A DNA stretch of 64,000 nt from the human T2T-CHM13v2.0 reference genome, Homo sapiens. The translations under genes and the position numbers were made by a program. Location of the stretch: NCBI RefSeq assembly GCF_009914755.1, contig NC_060928.1. One strand, 5' to 3'. Below are positions 23,990 to 36,747 of this stretch, piece by piece. Positions within the stretch are counted from its first letter, which is position 1. Each line of letters opens with the position of its first letter. Under the pieces are notes generated by a model, which saw nothing but the letters and a program-made list of their open reading frames with translations, was not told the DNA's origin and did not search any database.

Positions 23990-26516
23990 TTTTTGTTTGT
24001 TTGTTTGTTTGTTTATTTGTTTTTCAGTTTCTTTTTTTTATTATTATATTTTAAGTTCTAGGATACATGTACAGAACATGCAGGTTTGTTACATAGGTAT
24101 ACACGTGCCATGGTGGTTTGCTGCACTCATCAACCCGTCATCTACATTAGGTATTTCTCCGAATGCTATCCCTCCCCTAGCCCCCAACCCCCTGACGGGC
24201 CCAGGTGTGTGATATTCCCCTCGTGTGTCCCTGTGTTCTCATTGTTCAACTCCCACTTATGAGTGAGAACATGCAGTGTTTGGTTTTCTGTTCCTGTGTT
24301 AGTTTGCTGAGAATGATGGTTTCCAGCTTCATCCATGTCCCTGCAAAGGACATGAACTCACCCTTTTTTATGGCTGCCTAGTATTCCACGGTGTATATGT
24401 GCTACATTTTCTTTATCCAGTCAATCATTGATGGGCATTGGGTTGGTTCCAAGTCTTTGCTATTGTGAATAGTGCTGTAATAAACATACATGTGCATGTG
24501 TCTTTATAGTAGAATGATTTATAATCATTTGGGTCTATACCCAGTAATGGGATTGCTGCATCAAATGGTATTTCTGGTTCTAGATCCTTGAGGAATCACC
24601 ACACTGTCTTCCACAATGGCTGAACTAATTTACACTCCCACCAACAGTGTAAAAGCGTTCCTATTTCTCTACAGCCTCTCCAGCATCTGTTGTTTCCTTT
24701 CTTTTTAACGATTGCCATTCTAACTGGCGTGAGATGGTATCTCATTGTGGTTTTGTATTGCATTTCTCTAATAACCAGTGATGATGAGCTTTTTTTCATG
24801 TTTGTTGGCCGCATAAATGTCTCTTTTGAGAAGTGTCTGTTCATATCCTTCACACACTTTTTGATAAAGTTGTTTTTTTTTTTTTTTGTAAATTTGTTTA
24901 AATTCCTTGTATATTCTGGATTTTAGCCCTTTGTCAGATGGATAGATTGCAAAAATTTCTCCCATTCTGTAGGTTGCCTGTTCACTCTGATGATAGTTTC
25001 TTTTGCTGTGCAGAAGCTCTTTAGTTTAATTAGATCCCATTTGTCAATTTTGGCTTTTGTTACCATTGCTTTTGGTGTTTTAGTCATGAAGTCTTTGCCC
25101 ATGCCTATGTCCTGAATGGTATTGCCTAGGTTTTCTTCTAGGGTTTTTGTGGTGTTAGGTCTTACATTTAAGTCTTTAATTCACCTTGAGTTAATTTCTG
25201 TATAAAATGTAAGGAAGGCGTCCAGTTTCAGTTTTCTGCATATGGCTATCCAGTTTTCCCAACACCATTTATTAAATAGGGAATCCTTTCCCCATTGCTT
25301 GTTTTTGTCAGGTTTGTCAAAGATCAGATTGTTGTAGATGTGTGGCATTATTTCTGAGGCCTCTGTTCTGTTCCATTGGTCTATATATCTGTTACCATGC
25401 TGTTTTGTTACTGCAGCCTTGTAGTATAGTTTGAAGTCAGGTAGCATAATGCCTCCAGCTTTGTTCTTTTTGCTTAGGATTGTCTTGGCTATACGGGCTC
25501 TTTTTTGGTTCTATATGAAATTGAAAGTAGTTTTTCTAATTCTGTGAAGAAAGTCAGTGGTAGCTTGATGGGAATATCATTGAATCTTTAAGTTACTTTG
25601 GGCAGTATGGCCATTTTCACAATATTGATTCTTCCTATCCATGAGCATGGAATGTTTTTCCATTTCTTTGTGTCCTCTCTTATTTCCTTGAGCAGTGGTT
25701 TATAGCTCTCCTTGAAGAGGTACTTCACATCCCTCGTAAGTTGTATTCCTAGGTATTTTCTTCTCTTTGTAGCAATTGTGAATAGGAGTTCACTCATGAT
25801 TTTCCTCTCTGTTTGTCTATTATTGGTATATAGGAATGCATGTAATTTTTGCACATTGATTTTGCATCCTGAGACTTTGCTGAAGTTGTTTATCAGCTTA
25901 AGGAGATTTTGGGCTGAGACAATGGGGTTTTGTAAATATACAATCATGTCATCTGCAAACAGAGACAATTTGACTTCCTCTCTTCCTATTTGAATACCTT
26001 TATTTCTTTCTGTTGCCTGATTGCCCTGGCCAGAACTTCCAATACTGTGTTGAATAGGAGTGGTGAGAGAAGGCATTCTTGTCTTGTGCTGGAAGGCTTC
26101 CAGCTTTTGCCCATTCAGTATGATATTGGCTGTGGGTTTGTCATAAATAGCTCTTATTATTTTGAGATACGTTCCATCAATACCTCGTTTATTGAGAGTT
26201 TTTAGCATGAATGGGTGTTGAATTTTATCGAAGGCCTTTTCTGCATCTATTGAGATAATCATGTGGTTTTTGTCATTGGTTCTGTTTATGTGATGGATTA
26301 CATTTATTGATTTGCATATGTTGAACCAGCCTTGCATCCCAGGGATGAAGCTGATTTGATCATGGTGGATAAGCTTTTTGATGTGCTGCTGGATTAGGTT
26401 TGCCAGTATTTTATTGAGGATTTTCACATCGATGTTCATCAGGGATATTGGCCTGAAACTTTTTGTTATTGTTGTGTCTCTGCCAGGTTTTGGTATCAGG
26501 ATGATGCTGGCCTCAT
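23990..26516 (-). mobile_element. 5'-truncated L1PA7/8-like LINE-1, ~2.5 kb, with decayed poly(A)
   Basis: 3'UTR ttaagttctaggatacatgtacagaacatgcaggtttgttacataggtatacacgtgccatggtggtttgctgc. ORF2 fragments on the minus strand. Confidence 0.95.
24596..26439 (-). pseudogene. Disrupted L1 ORF2p remnant (RT domain to C-terminal cysteine-rich region)
   Basis: [14 protein letters not shown]..., [27 protein letters not shown] (RT catalytic motif), [28 protein letters not shown], split across frames. Confidence 0.95.
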
Positions 26517-27109
26517 GAAGCAGTGGTTATTTTTAAGGATCAATTAAAGTTTGCCTCTTGTGCCTGCTCTTCACCATCCAGAATGTTTTTTATGTAACTT
26601 GAAATTGTGTTCTATGTTAAAGAAGATAAAAGAAAAGAAGCCAGGCTCTATTAGAGGACATACCACATTTTAACGACTCATCACAGACATGGCAATGTGT
26701 AAGTGCCTCCTAAAACGTGCAGAGGAGACAAATAGGACCAAGGAGTGTGGAGGAGAAGGAGTGCAAGGTGAGCCACAGCATCTAGACTAGGTCTGACCCT
26801 AGATCTAGGAGTGGACAGAGTAGGATTCATGGGCTTATGGCACTCACAAGAAGTCCCAGGCATGGCAGTTGATGCTCTATGGTCACTGTCTTGAAATTTC
26901 CAATAGTTGCATTTTTGCATTTGTGTTTTGCAAGTAAAGTGGGACAATTGGGCATGCACCAGGGGCTTGGACTCTCCTTTCCCCTTTCAGACAGCTCCCT
27001 TGTTCTTGCCCAGCAAACACTGCCACCCTCTATTCTCAATGGGCGGCTAGGCATAGGCATGAGGAAGGTCAGGTGCTCACATTCCATAAGCCAAATTGTA
27101 GGGCAAGGT

Positions 27110-27303
27110 CCAATGCCTATGAGTGTCTGCTCTCACCAACCAGTATCCTTGTGCCCAAGGGAGTTACATGAAATAGCAAATAGAAAACACTATGACAAGT
27201 CATGAAAGAGACCACAGAAAAAGGGAAAGACATCTGGCTTTTCAAACAAGGTATCTCACATTTTCATTTTGTTCTGGGCCCATAAATTATGTTGTTGGCC
27301 CTA
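27110..27303. mobile_element. MER91-like hAT-Tip100 fragment
   Basis: ttttcaaacaaggtatctcacattttcattttgttctgggcccataaattatgttgttggccct. Confidence 0.55.
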
Positions 27304-28180
27304 GGGGTAAAATTGGAGGTGGAAAGAATGTCTGGGAACTCAATGGGTACAAATAAAAGAGAAGTTGATTCACACTACTTGGGTTTTGGGTGCCACAATT
27401 CTACCTTATGTAGAACTCTCTAGGGCTTTGTAGGACACTTAGCATCCCAGACCCCTTTCCTCCTAAATAAAAGTGTCAATCCCAAATACTTCCAAGGGAT
27501 TGTGATGCCACATCCCCACAATTGAATTAAAACCCATGGAGGTTTTCTCCCAAAAACAGGGTGCTCAAAGGAAATGATAATATAAGAAATAGGACTACGA
27601 GATCTTTAAAATTTTAGCATTGACGGGACCTTAGAGGCTGTCAATCAAAATCCCTGGAGTTTTCAACTCCTTGAGAACTCTTGATGACCAGTCTACCCCC
27701 AGATTTTCAGGAGTGAGTCTGATTTCCAGTTCCAGGAATACAGCTCAAGCAGGCTCCTTTCCCTTCTGAAGCATGGCCCTTCGCCCAGAGACACATCTTC
27801 ACAGTGTGTGATAAACACAAGCAAGCCCCAGTACCTACTCCCACCCTTCCTAGACATGGTAAGGAAAAGAGGAGACTTTCTAGACAGAAAGGAAGGGCAC
27901 AGTTACAGTCCCTCACGCTGTCTAGGCAGAGTTAGACCTGAGTGGTGGCATCATCCCTGCTGTCTATGGCTTGCAATATTCTTGGATTTGGCTTCATCCA
28001 TCAAGGGTCTGGCAGGTGTAACAGCACTGTTCTATCCACAGAAAAGGCCTTCAAAGGCTACCACTTAGACAGACAGCCATCCTCTGAGTAGCCAGGGCTT
28101 TGGGATTAGGTTGGGAGACCAGGTGTTTAAGAGTTGGGTTCTATGGGTAAACTAACCCATCGATCTTTTAAAAATACATA

Positions 28181-28769
28181 CAGCTAATTCTCACTATTCA
28201 CAGCTGTTATGTTCTATAAAGTCATAGTGAATTTGAACCATTGCTCCTAGGGAAATAAAGAGTTAGGTTCATGAGAGCCCCTGGTTATATTTTTGGCAAT
28301 TGATCATTACATAACCTTGTTTTACGTATGCTTACGTTTAAGAACATCTTCTTTTTTATATATATTGCTGATTCATTAACATTGAATTCATGGCCAACAT
28401 CGCTGTAACTCATGCCTGAACGGAGCTTATCTAACACATGTATTTTCTTCATAAGGCACATCATAGCTTTCTTGCACTTAGAAACACTAGTCAGCATTTC
28501 TATGCTTGGAGGACATTTTAAATAGCAAAATCACCAACAAAAAGTACAAAAATGCAAGAAACAGCACTAAATATACTGCCAAAAAGGACACTTGTTTACA
28601 GTGTGAGAGCTGAAAGGAGAAAGTAGAACATTGTCGTCTTTGACCTGAGATGTGCATATCCATCCACAAAGAACCAAGAAAGCACTGTGAGGTTTGACTG
28701 GGGGCTTGCAAATAAATTTTAGCAAGTAGATGAATTTGCAATTATAGAACCTTCAAACAACGAGGACTT
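28181..28769 (-). mobile_element. MER82-like TcMar-Tigger non-autonomous DNA transposon
   Basis: Terminal cagctaattctcactattcacag after TA. Internal aaaaggacacttgtttacagtgtgagagctgaaa and aaataaattttagcaagtagatgaatttgca. Minus-strand ORF 28285-28497 resembles a Tigger/CENP-B N-terminal HTH. Confidence 0.8.
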
Positions 28770-29949
28770 TTTCTAAAAGTCATTCACACACTTACCTACC
28801 AGAAATAGCATCTGTACTTAAACTCACCTTAGCTGGTCTCCAGTCAAGTCATGTTAGGTAGGTTTATATCTAACACCTATAAGAGGACACCATAGTAACC
28901 TCTGTACAATTGATTGAATTTAAGGATTTTCTCTTCCTCATCTATTATCTTCTATGATAAGCTACTATATTTCTAATAAGGAAAAGCAATTCTATTTAGT
29001 ATTTAAAAGGATTAAAGTTAAAACAACTTTTTGGTAATTTCAAGATAAAGTCCACACCCCTGCTTGGGACACCAGACTTCACAAAGCTTACCTCTTGGGT
29101 TTCATCTTCTAATATTCTTCAGAAGCACTTTCCACTTTGACCATCATGAACCACCTAAAACTTCCCAAATTTATACCCCTGTTTTCCATCTTCTTCTTGG
29201 AACATCCTATAGGTTAAGAAACTGGCTTGGGGAGATTATTCAAAATTACACAACTAATGGAATGATTAAAAAAAAGAAACAGTTACTCTGAAGGCCATAC
29301 TGTCTCCCCAGGCTCAGAATGAAAAACTGAATCTGTCAAGGTGATATTTTTCTAATTATCTTTGTGCCATAATCTCAGCATAGACACATTAATCGCTTAC
29401 ATTGCTTTCAACATTATCTGGGGGAAGAAAAACCCTGAAATATACTCTCTGCCATTACCATATATACAGAAGGTCCAAATGATTCCAGAAAGGTGTTTTT
29501 GCCTCTTGAGAGGAATGACACAGTGTATTCAGAGCAATATTTCAGCCAGACATTCAAGCCCAGTTTGCTAACACATGCCCTGTGTAGTCAGATTTCGTTA
29601 ATATGGTCTACTCTGGTTTCTTTCATTCTAAGAATTTAATATTGAATTTCAAAACCCAAATGGCATAAATAAATTCCAGATGTCTTCCCAAATCCCTAAA
29701 TCTCATATTAGACTAAGGAGAGGCATTGCTATGTATGAGTAGACGGTTACATTTAATTCCTTGAAAAGCCAAAAGGATCTTTGGGAGGCTCTTCAGCCTT
29801 CTTCCACCAAGAAAACACATTAACTCTTCTGAGTTTCTTAAGAAGCTGAGTTCTCAAAATCCACAGCCCAGCTGTCTGACATATGTTCTGCTGCATTCCT
29901 CCCCTCGAGGGGCAAAAGAGCATCGTGGTGAACTGCAGGGCACAGAAGC

Positions 29950-30130
29950 CAGGCCGACTGGGTTCCAATCCAACTGGGTGGATTTGGGCAAGTCAATTAA
30001 GCTCGCTATTCCCCAGTTTTCTCTAAAATGGGGGTAAACATAGTACCTACACCTCGAATGGCTGTTGCAAAAATTAATGAGTTAATAATTTAAAGTGTTT
30101 AGCACAGTGCCAGCCACACAGCAAAATGTC
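29950..30130 (+). mobile_element. MIR
   Basis: ctgggttccaatcc...ttgggcaagtcaattaa...aaaatggggg...aaagtgtttagcacagtgcc. Confidence 0.75.
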
Positions 30131-30779
30131 TACACTCTTATTTCCTAAGAGGTGATGTATAAAGAGCTGACCTGGGAGGTCCTCAATGGCTGAGAAATTC
30201 CCTTCCCTCTTTCCCTCTATATAGACAAGTGTAAGTCTTCAACTTTTGATTAGTAAGATTCATCTTTCTGTGGGGGACTAATCAGCTAACTTCAGATCTC
30301 AGACCCCTCCCCTAAGTCTGGCCCATCCCCTACTTTTCCTACCTAAGTCAGCATTCTTGATCCTTGTGCGTTAGTCATAGGCAACTTGACCTGCAGCATA
30401 ACTCCACTTACAAAATGTAAAAGTTCTTCAGAGCATTTGTGTAGCTTTGTGTCTGCAATTAATCAAAGAAGATCATATATGTAAAACACCAAAGGGTTTA
30501 CAATAAGTGATTAAAAAATTATAGTTTTCTTCCTTCTTCCTCTTCCCCCATTAATGGCTGGCACCTCTGTTTGTAAGAAACGTGTGATTATGACATGAAA
30601 GACTCATTGCTAACCTTTGACAGAGCATTTACAGCCCATATATCCTTCAGCATCTCAGTTTCATGCCTCTACACCACACGTTGGTGCCAGATGTTAACTG
30701 GGCAAGCTTGGCTATTTCACACTTGACTATCTTTTCACTTTTCAGTAGTAACAAAAGCTTGCCTAATAGTTTATTATTT

Positions 30780-30975
30780 ACAAAGTGCTTTCACATACAT
30801 TCCCTTGAGTATGCTCTACATCAATACTATAAGTAAGTATCATCATCATTATCATTATGATTTTGCAGCATGGAAAACTCAAACCTGGAAAGATAAAAAG
30901 ACTGGCCCAAATTCACTCTGCTGATAAAAGGTTCAGTGAGAATTTGAACCTGGGTTCCCTGCCTTGAAATTTTGT
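30780..30975 (-). mobile_element. MIR
   Basis: ttacaaagtgctttcacatacatt...gactggcccaaattcac...gaatttgaacctggg. Confidence 0.7.
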
Positions 30976-31234
30976 ACTTTTTTTTCTCCCAAACTTCATT
31001 GATAACATGATAGGATTAAATAATGAAAATCTTAAAATATACCTCATTAATTATTTGGTTACATGTCTTCCCTTGATGGTATTTTTTTATCTTAAGCTTT
31101 GATTTTTCTGCTTTGTCTGGTGTTACCATGGTTGGGAAGATCACGCTGAGCTTAGTCTTTCAGCCAGGTGGAGCTGTTTTTGTAGGCTACAATGATTGTG
31201 TGTTGGATGGTTGGTCTTTCTTTTTTTTAAAGAC

Positions 31235-31665
31235 ATGTTTAATTGTTATTTTTATTCAAGTAGAACGAAAACTTTGTGGTCATAAGAGACCTAGGTTTAT
31301 TCTACCTTTCTGTTCCTCCATCCTGGTATGCATGGTATGCAGCAATCCCTATTGTAATCACAAGACATCTACTCTACCTCAATGCCATGACTGCATTCTG
31401 GATCAATAGCAAACTACACAGAACAAAATCTGAACGTGTGAAACCACCTGAGCCTTTCTCTTCTAGGAAGCTTTCCCAGCAACCTCCTCCATCAACCTCT
31501 GCTTACTTATTATTGTCCCAACTCGGTGGGTCACAGCCTTCACTAGCCACAAAGGCTCCCAGGAAGGTGGGCATTTACCTGGCCACATTGCCTCCCCAGA
31601 CAAATGAGGCTTCTGTTAACAAGAAATAATGGCAAAATGAACATTGGAAAGTAACTAACAGAATC
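31235..31665 (-). mobile_element. Old MLT1 (J-L-like) LTR
   Basis: cctctgcttacttattattgtcccaact...gggtcacag...aaggctcccaggaaggtgggcattta...ttctgttaacaagaaa. Confidence 0.55.
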
Positions 31666-32309
31666 TTGTAAGAAAATTACCATTTTTTGAGAGCCTGAAA
31701 TGTGTTAGGCACAAACTAAGACAATATGAAGAAAGAAATGTCACTATCTTTGCATCAGACATATAGAAAGTGATATCCAGAAAGATGTAAAATGTGAAAT
31801 GAGATGCCCTTGTCTCTGAGCATTGCTATGTGAGTTTTCCTCATGTGATGATACCCTGTTCAGAGCAGACACTCAAAAAATGGCTTCAAATGTTTTCTTC
31901 CCTTTCTCTCCTCTCTTGAAATTAGAAATGCAATGTCAGCTTCCACTTGGAATGCCTTTATATTCGCATTGTCTAATTAATCTTGTTATGATCCCACTAT
32001 GGCTACCATTCTGGCCAGTGTTATCTGTATTCTCTAAACCATCACACCCCTGACTTGTCAGATCCTGTCAAACCTTTTCTGTGTCATGTTCTTCTATCTT
32101 TTTGGTTGACTCTCTAGAGCTATAATGACATTGTTTTCACTTTTAACATCATCAGCTAAAACATAAATAGTCTTTGGCTTGGTGATTTATCAGCCTCTTC
32201 ATTGTACTTGGCACTTAGGAGGAGCTCAATGATGTCTGTTGAATGAATGAATCTCAGCTTCATCATTTACCAGCTGTGTGATCTTGGGCAAGTTTCACAG
32301 CTCTAATGA

Positions 32310-32406
32310 GTGAGAAAAAAATAAATGTTTGTTGTTATAAGCCACTGAGATCTGGGAGGTGTTTATTATGCAGCACCATTAATAGCAGCATTAGCTGATG
32401 ACTACA
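32310..32406 (+). mobile_element. MLT1 LTR 3' fragment
   Basis: aataaatgtttgttgttataagccactgagatctgggaggtgtttattatgcagca. Confidence 0.65.
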
Positions 32407-33459
32407 GCCTGCCACCATGTAGATGGGGGAAGGAAATTTATGGAAGAGAGATGCTCAGCAGATAATGCCAAAAACATTTGCCATAGAATATTATCCATGC
32501 TCTAATAAGACACGTTTCTCTAGCATTAGTTAAAATGAACAGACAATCCTGAATTGTAATAACTTCACATATAATAAATACTAAAGAAATTACACATAAA
32601 CTTTCCATATTGTATACATGCTCTGTGATTTTTAAAACATGTATGGAACACCACCGTGGAGAAAAAATATATTTCCTGGGCAAGCATCATCCCATTGCAT
32701 CAGTGGGCAAGCACATGGGATGATCATGACAATTCAAAGTACCCAGAATACTTCTCTCATTGTCACAGCTGTGTTATAAATACGTTGGGTTTGAGGTATG
32801 GGAATGGTCTCTCTGAACAGAGAGTAGAATGGGTAAATAATCTCTTTTTTTGTGAGGCAAGAATAGCACCTCTTGATTGTCAGTGAAAACCAAAACTGGA
32901 GTACTTTTGAAAAGCTGATATATCATCACCTGGGGCTTCATCCCACGTGAAATGAAAATACACACTAGAGTTGAGCAGGGTTTTTCCTCTTGCTTTGCAC
33001 ACTCGTGTGTCTGACTTCTGTTCATGAAACATCCAGTGAAATGGGGATTTTACAAGCAAACGAGCAGGTGTTTGGCACCATATATATGTTCATACATAAA
33101 GGTATGAATTAAAATCTAGTATATTTCAAGGCCTTTGTCAAATAGCAAGGGAAAGCTCTTAAGAGATCTCTTTTTTTTTTCAGGCAGCATTAACTACTGG
33201 AAATATACTTGTGTACCTTAGAATCAAGAAGACCTGGATTTGATTCCCAGGTCTGCTAACAAATGTGCAGCCTTGAGCATATTATTTCTCACCACTAATT
33301 GTTTTCCTCACCTGTGCAATAGAGATAATAATATCTAAAATGTTTCAAATGACATTTCCACATTTGCCATCAAAAGAAGTTGAATATTGGTGATTTCACG
33401 TGGTTCAACTTAGACCCGTCTCTCGGGACTGACTCCAGAATAACAGAGCTCATGTATGT

Positions 33460-33970
33460 CTGTTAGTCACAACTCTTTTGGTTGCACATGAGAAGAACCC
33501 ATCTCAAACCAGCTTAAGAAAAGAGGGAATGCATGAGCTCATGAAACTGGGCAATCTAGGAATGGTGTTAGCTTCATGTGTGTAGGATCCAGGGGCTCAA
33601 AAGATGCTTCAAGTATTTTTTTCTCTCTCTCTTTCTCCCTCTGACTTCCTTCTGTATCTGTTGACTTTGTCATACATGGTGGAGAAGATGACCAATGATA
33701 GGCTTCACTAAGAGCAAAAGGGACTCCTCCCTCCCAACGGCTGTATTCCTTGCATTCCATACTCACCCTTCAACTAATCACTGTTGCCAGAGGTGTCAGA
33801 GATGGCCTGTTTTGCTTAGCCTACCCTGGTGGACCTATCACCTCAGGGGAGGCAGCAGGAGTGAAGGACACTGAGCAGACAGCCCAACTAGAACTACATA
33901 AAATAGGAAAGGCAGTACCCAAAGATTACTGGGGTGCCAAGCAAGCAGAATAAAAAGATGTCCACTACAG
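33460..33970 (-). mobile_element. Old MLT1 (J-L-like) LTR
   Basis: ctcttttggttgcacatgagaagaaccc.tctcaaaccagcttaagaaaagagggaat...ggatccaggggctcaaa...aaagatgtccactaca. Confidence 0.6.
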
Positions 33971-34094
33971 TGTACACAATGTAACACAGATCCCAGCACA
34001 TGGAAGATGGGTTAACAGCTGGAGAGTTTCCTATGCAATCCTCAAAGGATGTAAGAGACACAATTTACTGTCTCACTCAAAGATAAGATGAACA

Positions 34095-34258
34095 GCTTTT
34101 CCTGATTTGCCTGAGACTTTTCTGGTTTTAGCACTGAAAATCCCATGCCATGGAGAACTCCTCAGTTTTAGACTGAACTATCCCAGTTTTAAAACTGAAA
34201 GCCTCACATCTCGGGAACCCCCTCAATCCCAGGAAAATTAGGATGGCTGGTCACCCTA
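34095..34258. mobile_element. MER81-like hAT-Blackjack MITE with an internally repeated core
   Basis: ggttttagcactgaaaatccc and cagttttaaaactgaaagcc...cgggaaccccctcaatcccagg...ggctggtcacccta terminus. Confidence 0.65.
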
Positions 34259-34439
34259 TCCAAAAATGGCACTTGTAAGTGTAAACCTTAGCTACAGTTG
34301 AGGGCATGTTAAGTTAGTTTACTGTTGCTGCATCATGGAAGAATGGAATGGTATGGCACATGAAAAACTGCGGATAGTCCCCTGGAAAAAAATGCACAGC
34401 CCAAGTCTGTGTTACTTGCAGTTACAGCATCTAACCCTT

Positions 34440-34600
34440 TGCTTTGCCTCCCTCCTCTGCCTTTTCTTTTTCTTTCACTGTGTCTTTCTCTCTTTTTCTT
34501 TTTCCTCACTTTTTTCCCTTCCTCTCCTTCCTTCTTTTTTTCCTTCCAATCTTTCTCCCTTCTCTGTTTTATTTTCTTCTCTTTTTTAAATTTTCTTTTG
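34440..34600. repeat. CT-rich low-complexity tract
   Basis: Directly visible. Confidence 0.85.
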
Positions 34601-35789
34601 TGGCTACATATTTACCTTTCAAATAACATGGGACTTAGATGTTGTCTGCAGTCTCCAAAGGAGCTGCTATGTATTCCTGGACTAAAACAAGCAAGCCTCA
34701 GTAAATATCCTTATCCTGAATGATCTACCAACTAAGTGAGAGCTTCATTGTTGATTAAGACAGGAAGTGCATGTGTGACTCCTGCGGGCTGGCTGAGACA
34801 GCAGGGTCATGCTGATGCACATGAGGAATGGAAAAATTGGGGGGAAAAGATAGTGATGATTGTGAAACTAAGAGATTGGAAATTCAAAGGGCTTGAGACT
34901 AGGTTCTTTTGAGGGACATTTTGGTTCAACCATTTACATAGGGGGTGCATCTATTTATCCATAATGAAAATTGCTGAGATTTGGAACTTCTTTCTGCTTT
35001 TGAATCAATTAATGAAGCAATATAAATCAGGAAGTGCTTCTTAGTTTCAAACTATGCTTTGAAGCTAGGCCTGCATTTGAATGTTTTCAATCCAAATCTT
35101 AAAATTAGAAAGAAGGCAATTTCCAGTCGTCTTCAAAGGAGAACTATTATTCGGGAAAATAGAGTCTTCTAAATTATACTTTTGAGAGTGATATGAATTT
35201 TCTTGCCTTTATTAGGTGCTAAAGTTCTAAAGAATTAACTCCACTTAGGAAGCAAATCCAAATACTCTCTCATGACAAGGTTTCCACCAAGTGGCGGTCA
35301 TATACTTGGGACTTCCACTACATTTTCAGCATTCATATATCACTTATACAATTTTCATCATTACCCAGTACTACCAGCACCATTTATTTATCTGGCGTTT
35401 TCCACAAGTTGACTTTTTAAATTAGACATACTGAGTTGATGCAGCCGATGCAGCTCACTAGGATGTATGTGTATCAATGTCAGAGGGACCAGGCTGATCC
35501 CCAGATCATGTATTTGAAACCCTGTGGGAAAGAAAATTATTGTCACCTACAAGAAAAGCAGAGAAAGGACTTGGAGCTTCACCACATGGCCCTTATCTTG
35601 GTTCTACCTTTTGGTAGCCTTGAGATTTGGTTTAAGTGACTTTAATTTTCTACCCATACAGTGGTAAAGATTAATTAAGATAATGTCCAGAAGAATCAAT
35701 GAACTTTGCTAGCACCTAGCAAATGTTAGCCAGGAAACTTGTTTTTATTTTTTTTTTTCACATGCAAACATTCCTAATTTACTAACTAT

Positions 35790-36170
35790 GATTTTGTAAT
35801 CAACATTATTGAGGTATAATTTACATACAGTAAAAGGCATCCATTTATAGTGCACAATTCAATTTATTTAAAGTGTTCAATTAGCTGAGTTTTGTACACA
35901 CCCATGAAGTCACTGCCAAAACTTAAGAAACAGAATATTTCCATTTACCCCTGAAAGTTTCTTTCTGTCCTTTTGAAGTTTTTCTCTCTTTCTGTCCCTG
36001 ACCTCATGCAACCACTTATCTGACTGATCTGCTTTTTTGTCACTGTGGACTTAGTTGCATTTTCTAGACTTTTACAAGTAGTATCTCGCAGTATAGACTC
36101 TTTGTGTCTGGCTTTTAAAATCTATCATAATGATTTTAAGAGTCACCCGTGTGGTTGGATGTATCAGTTG
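35790..36170 (-). mobile_element. Old L1M (MC/ME-like) 3' end fragment lying inside the transduced segment
   Basis: ttattgaggtataatttacatacagtaaaa...cagaatatttccatt.acccctgaaagttt...tgcattttctaga...ctctttgtgtctggctt. Confidence 0.75.
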
Positions 36171-36197
36171 TCCACACCCCCGACTCTTTCAGCATGC

Positions 36198-36747
36198 TTT
36201 TTTCTTTTTATTTTATTTTAACCATTTTTTTAATTATACTTTAAGTTCTAGGGTACATGTGCACAACTTGCAGGTTTGTTACATATATATACATGTGCCA
36301 TGTTGGTGTGCTGCACCCATTAACTCGTCATTTACATTAGGTATATATCCTAATGCTATCCCTCCCCACTCCCCCAACCCCATGACAGGCCCCGGTGTGT
36401 GATGTTCCCCTCCCTGTGTCCAAGTGTTCTCATTGTTCAATTCCCACCTGTGAGTGAGAACATGCAGTGTTTGGTTTTCTGTCCTTGCGACAGTTTGCTG
36501 AGAATGATGGTTTCCAGCTTCATCCATGTCCCTACAAAGGACATGAACTCATCCCTTTTTATGGCTGCATAGTATTCCATGGTGTATATGTGCCACATTT
36601 TCTTAATCCATTCTATAATTGATGGGCATTTGGGTAGGTTCCAAGTCTTTGCTATTGTGAATAGTGCCGCAATAAACATACGTGTGCATGTGTCTTTATA
36701 GCAGCATGATTTATAATCCTTTGGGTATATACCCAGTAATGGGATGG
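36198..36747 (-). mobile_element. 5'-truncated L1PA4/5-like LINE-1 3' end with poly(A), carrying a 3' transduction
   Basis: tatactttaagttctagggtacatgtgcacaac...gccatgttggtgtgctgcacccattaactcgtcattta. ORF 36437-36679 is the ORF2 C-terminus (MFIAALFTIAKTWN). 19-bp direct repeats at 35725-35743 and 36747-36765. Confidence 0.95.

Noticed and set aside
25588-26439. 283-aa reverse-transcriptase ORF as a novel RT system
   Set aside because: An ordinary frameshifted fragment of a truncated L1 ORF2.
23780-26540. AluJ plus L1PA7 as a single chimeric insertion or a second transduction
   Set aside because: The candidate TSD (gtaatggtttttt vs gcagtggttattt) matches only loosely. Independent insertions into an AT-rich site are the simpler explanation.
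34640-34742. Possible internal exon after the CT-rich tract (tgcag| ... taa|gtgaga)
   Set aside because: Weak donor, the pyrimidine tract is separated from the AG, and there is no supporting coding signal.
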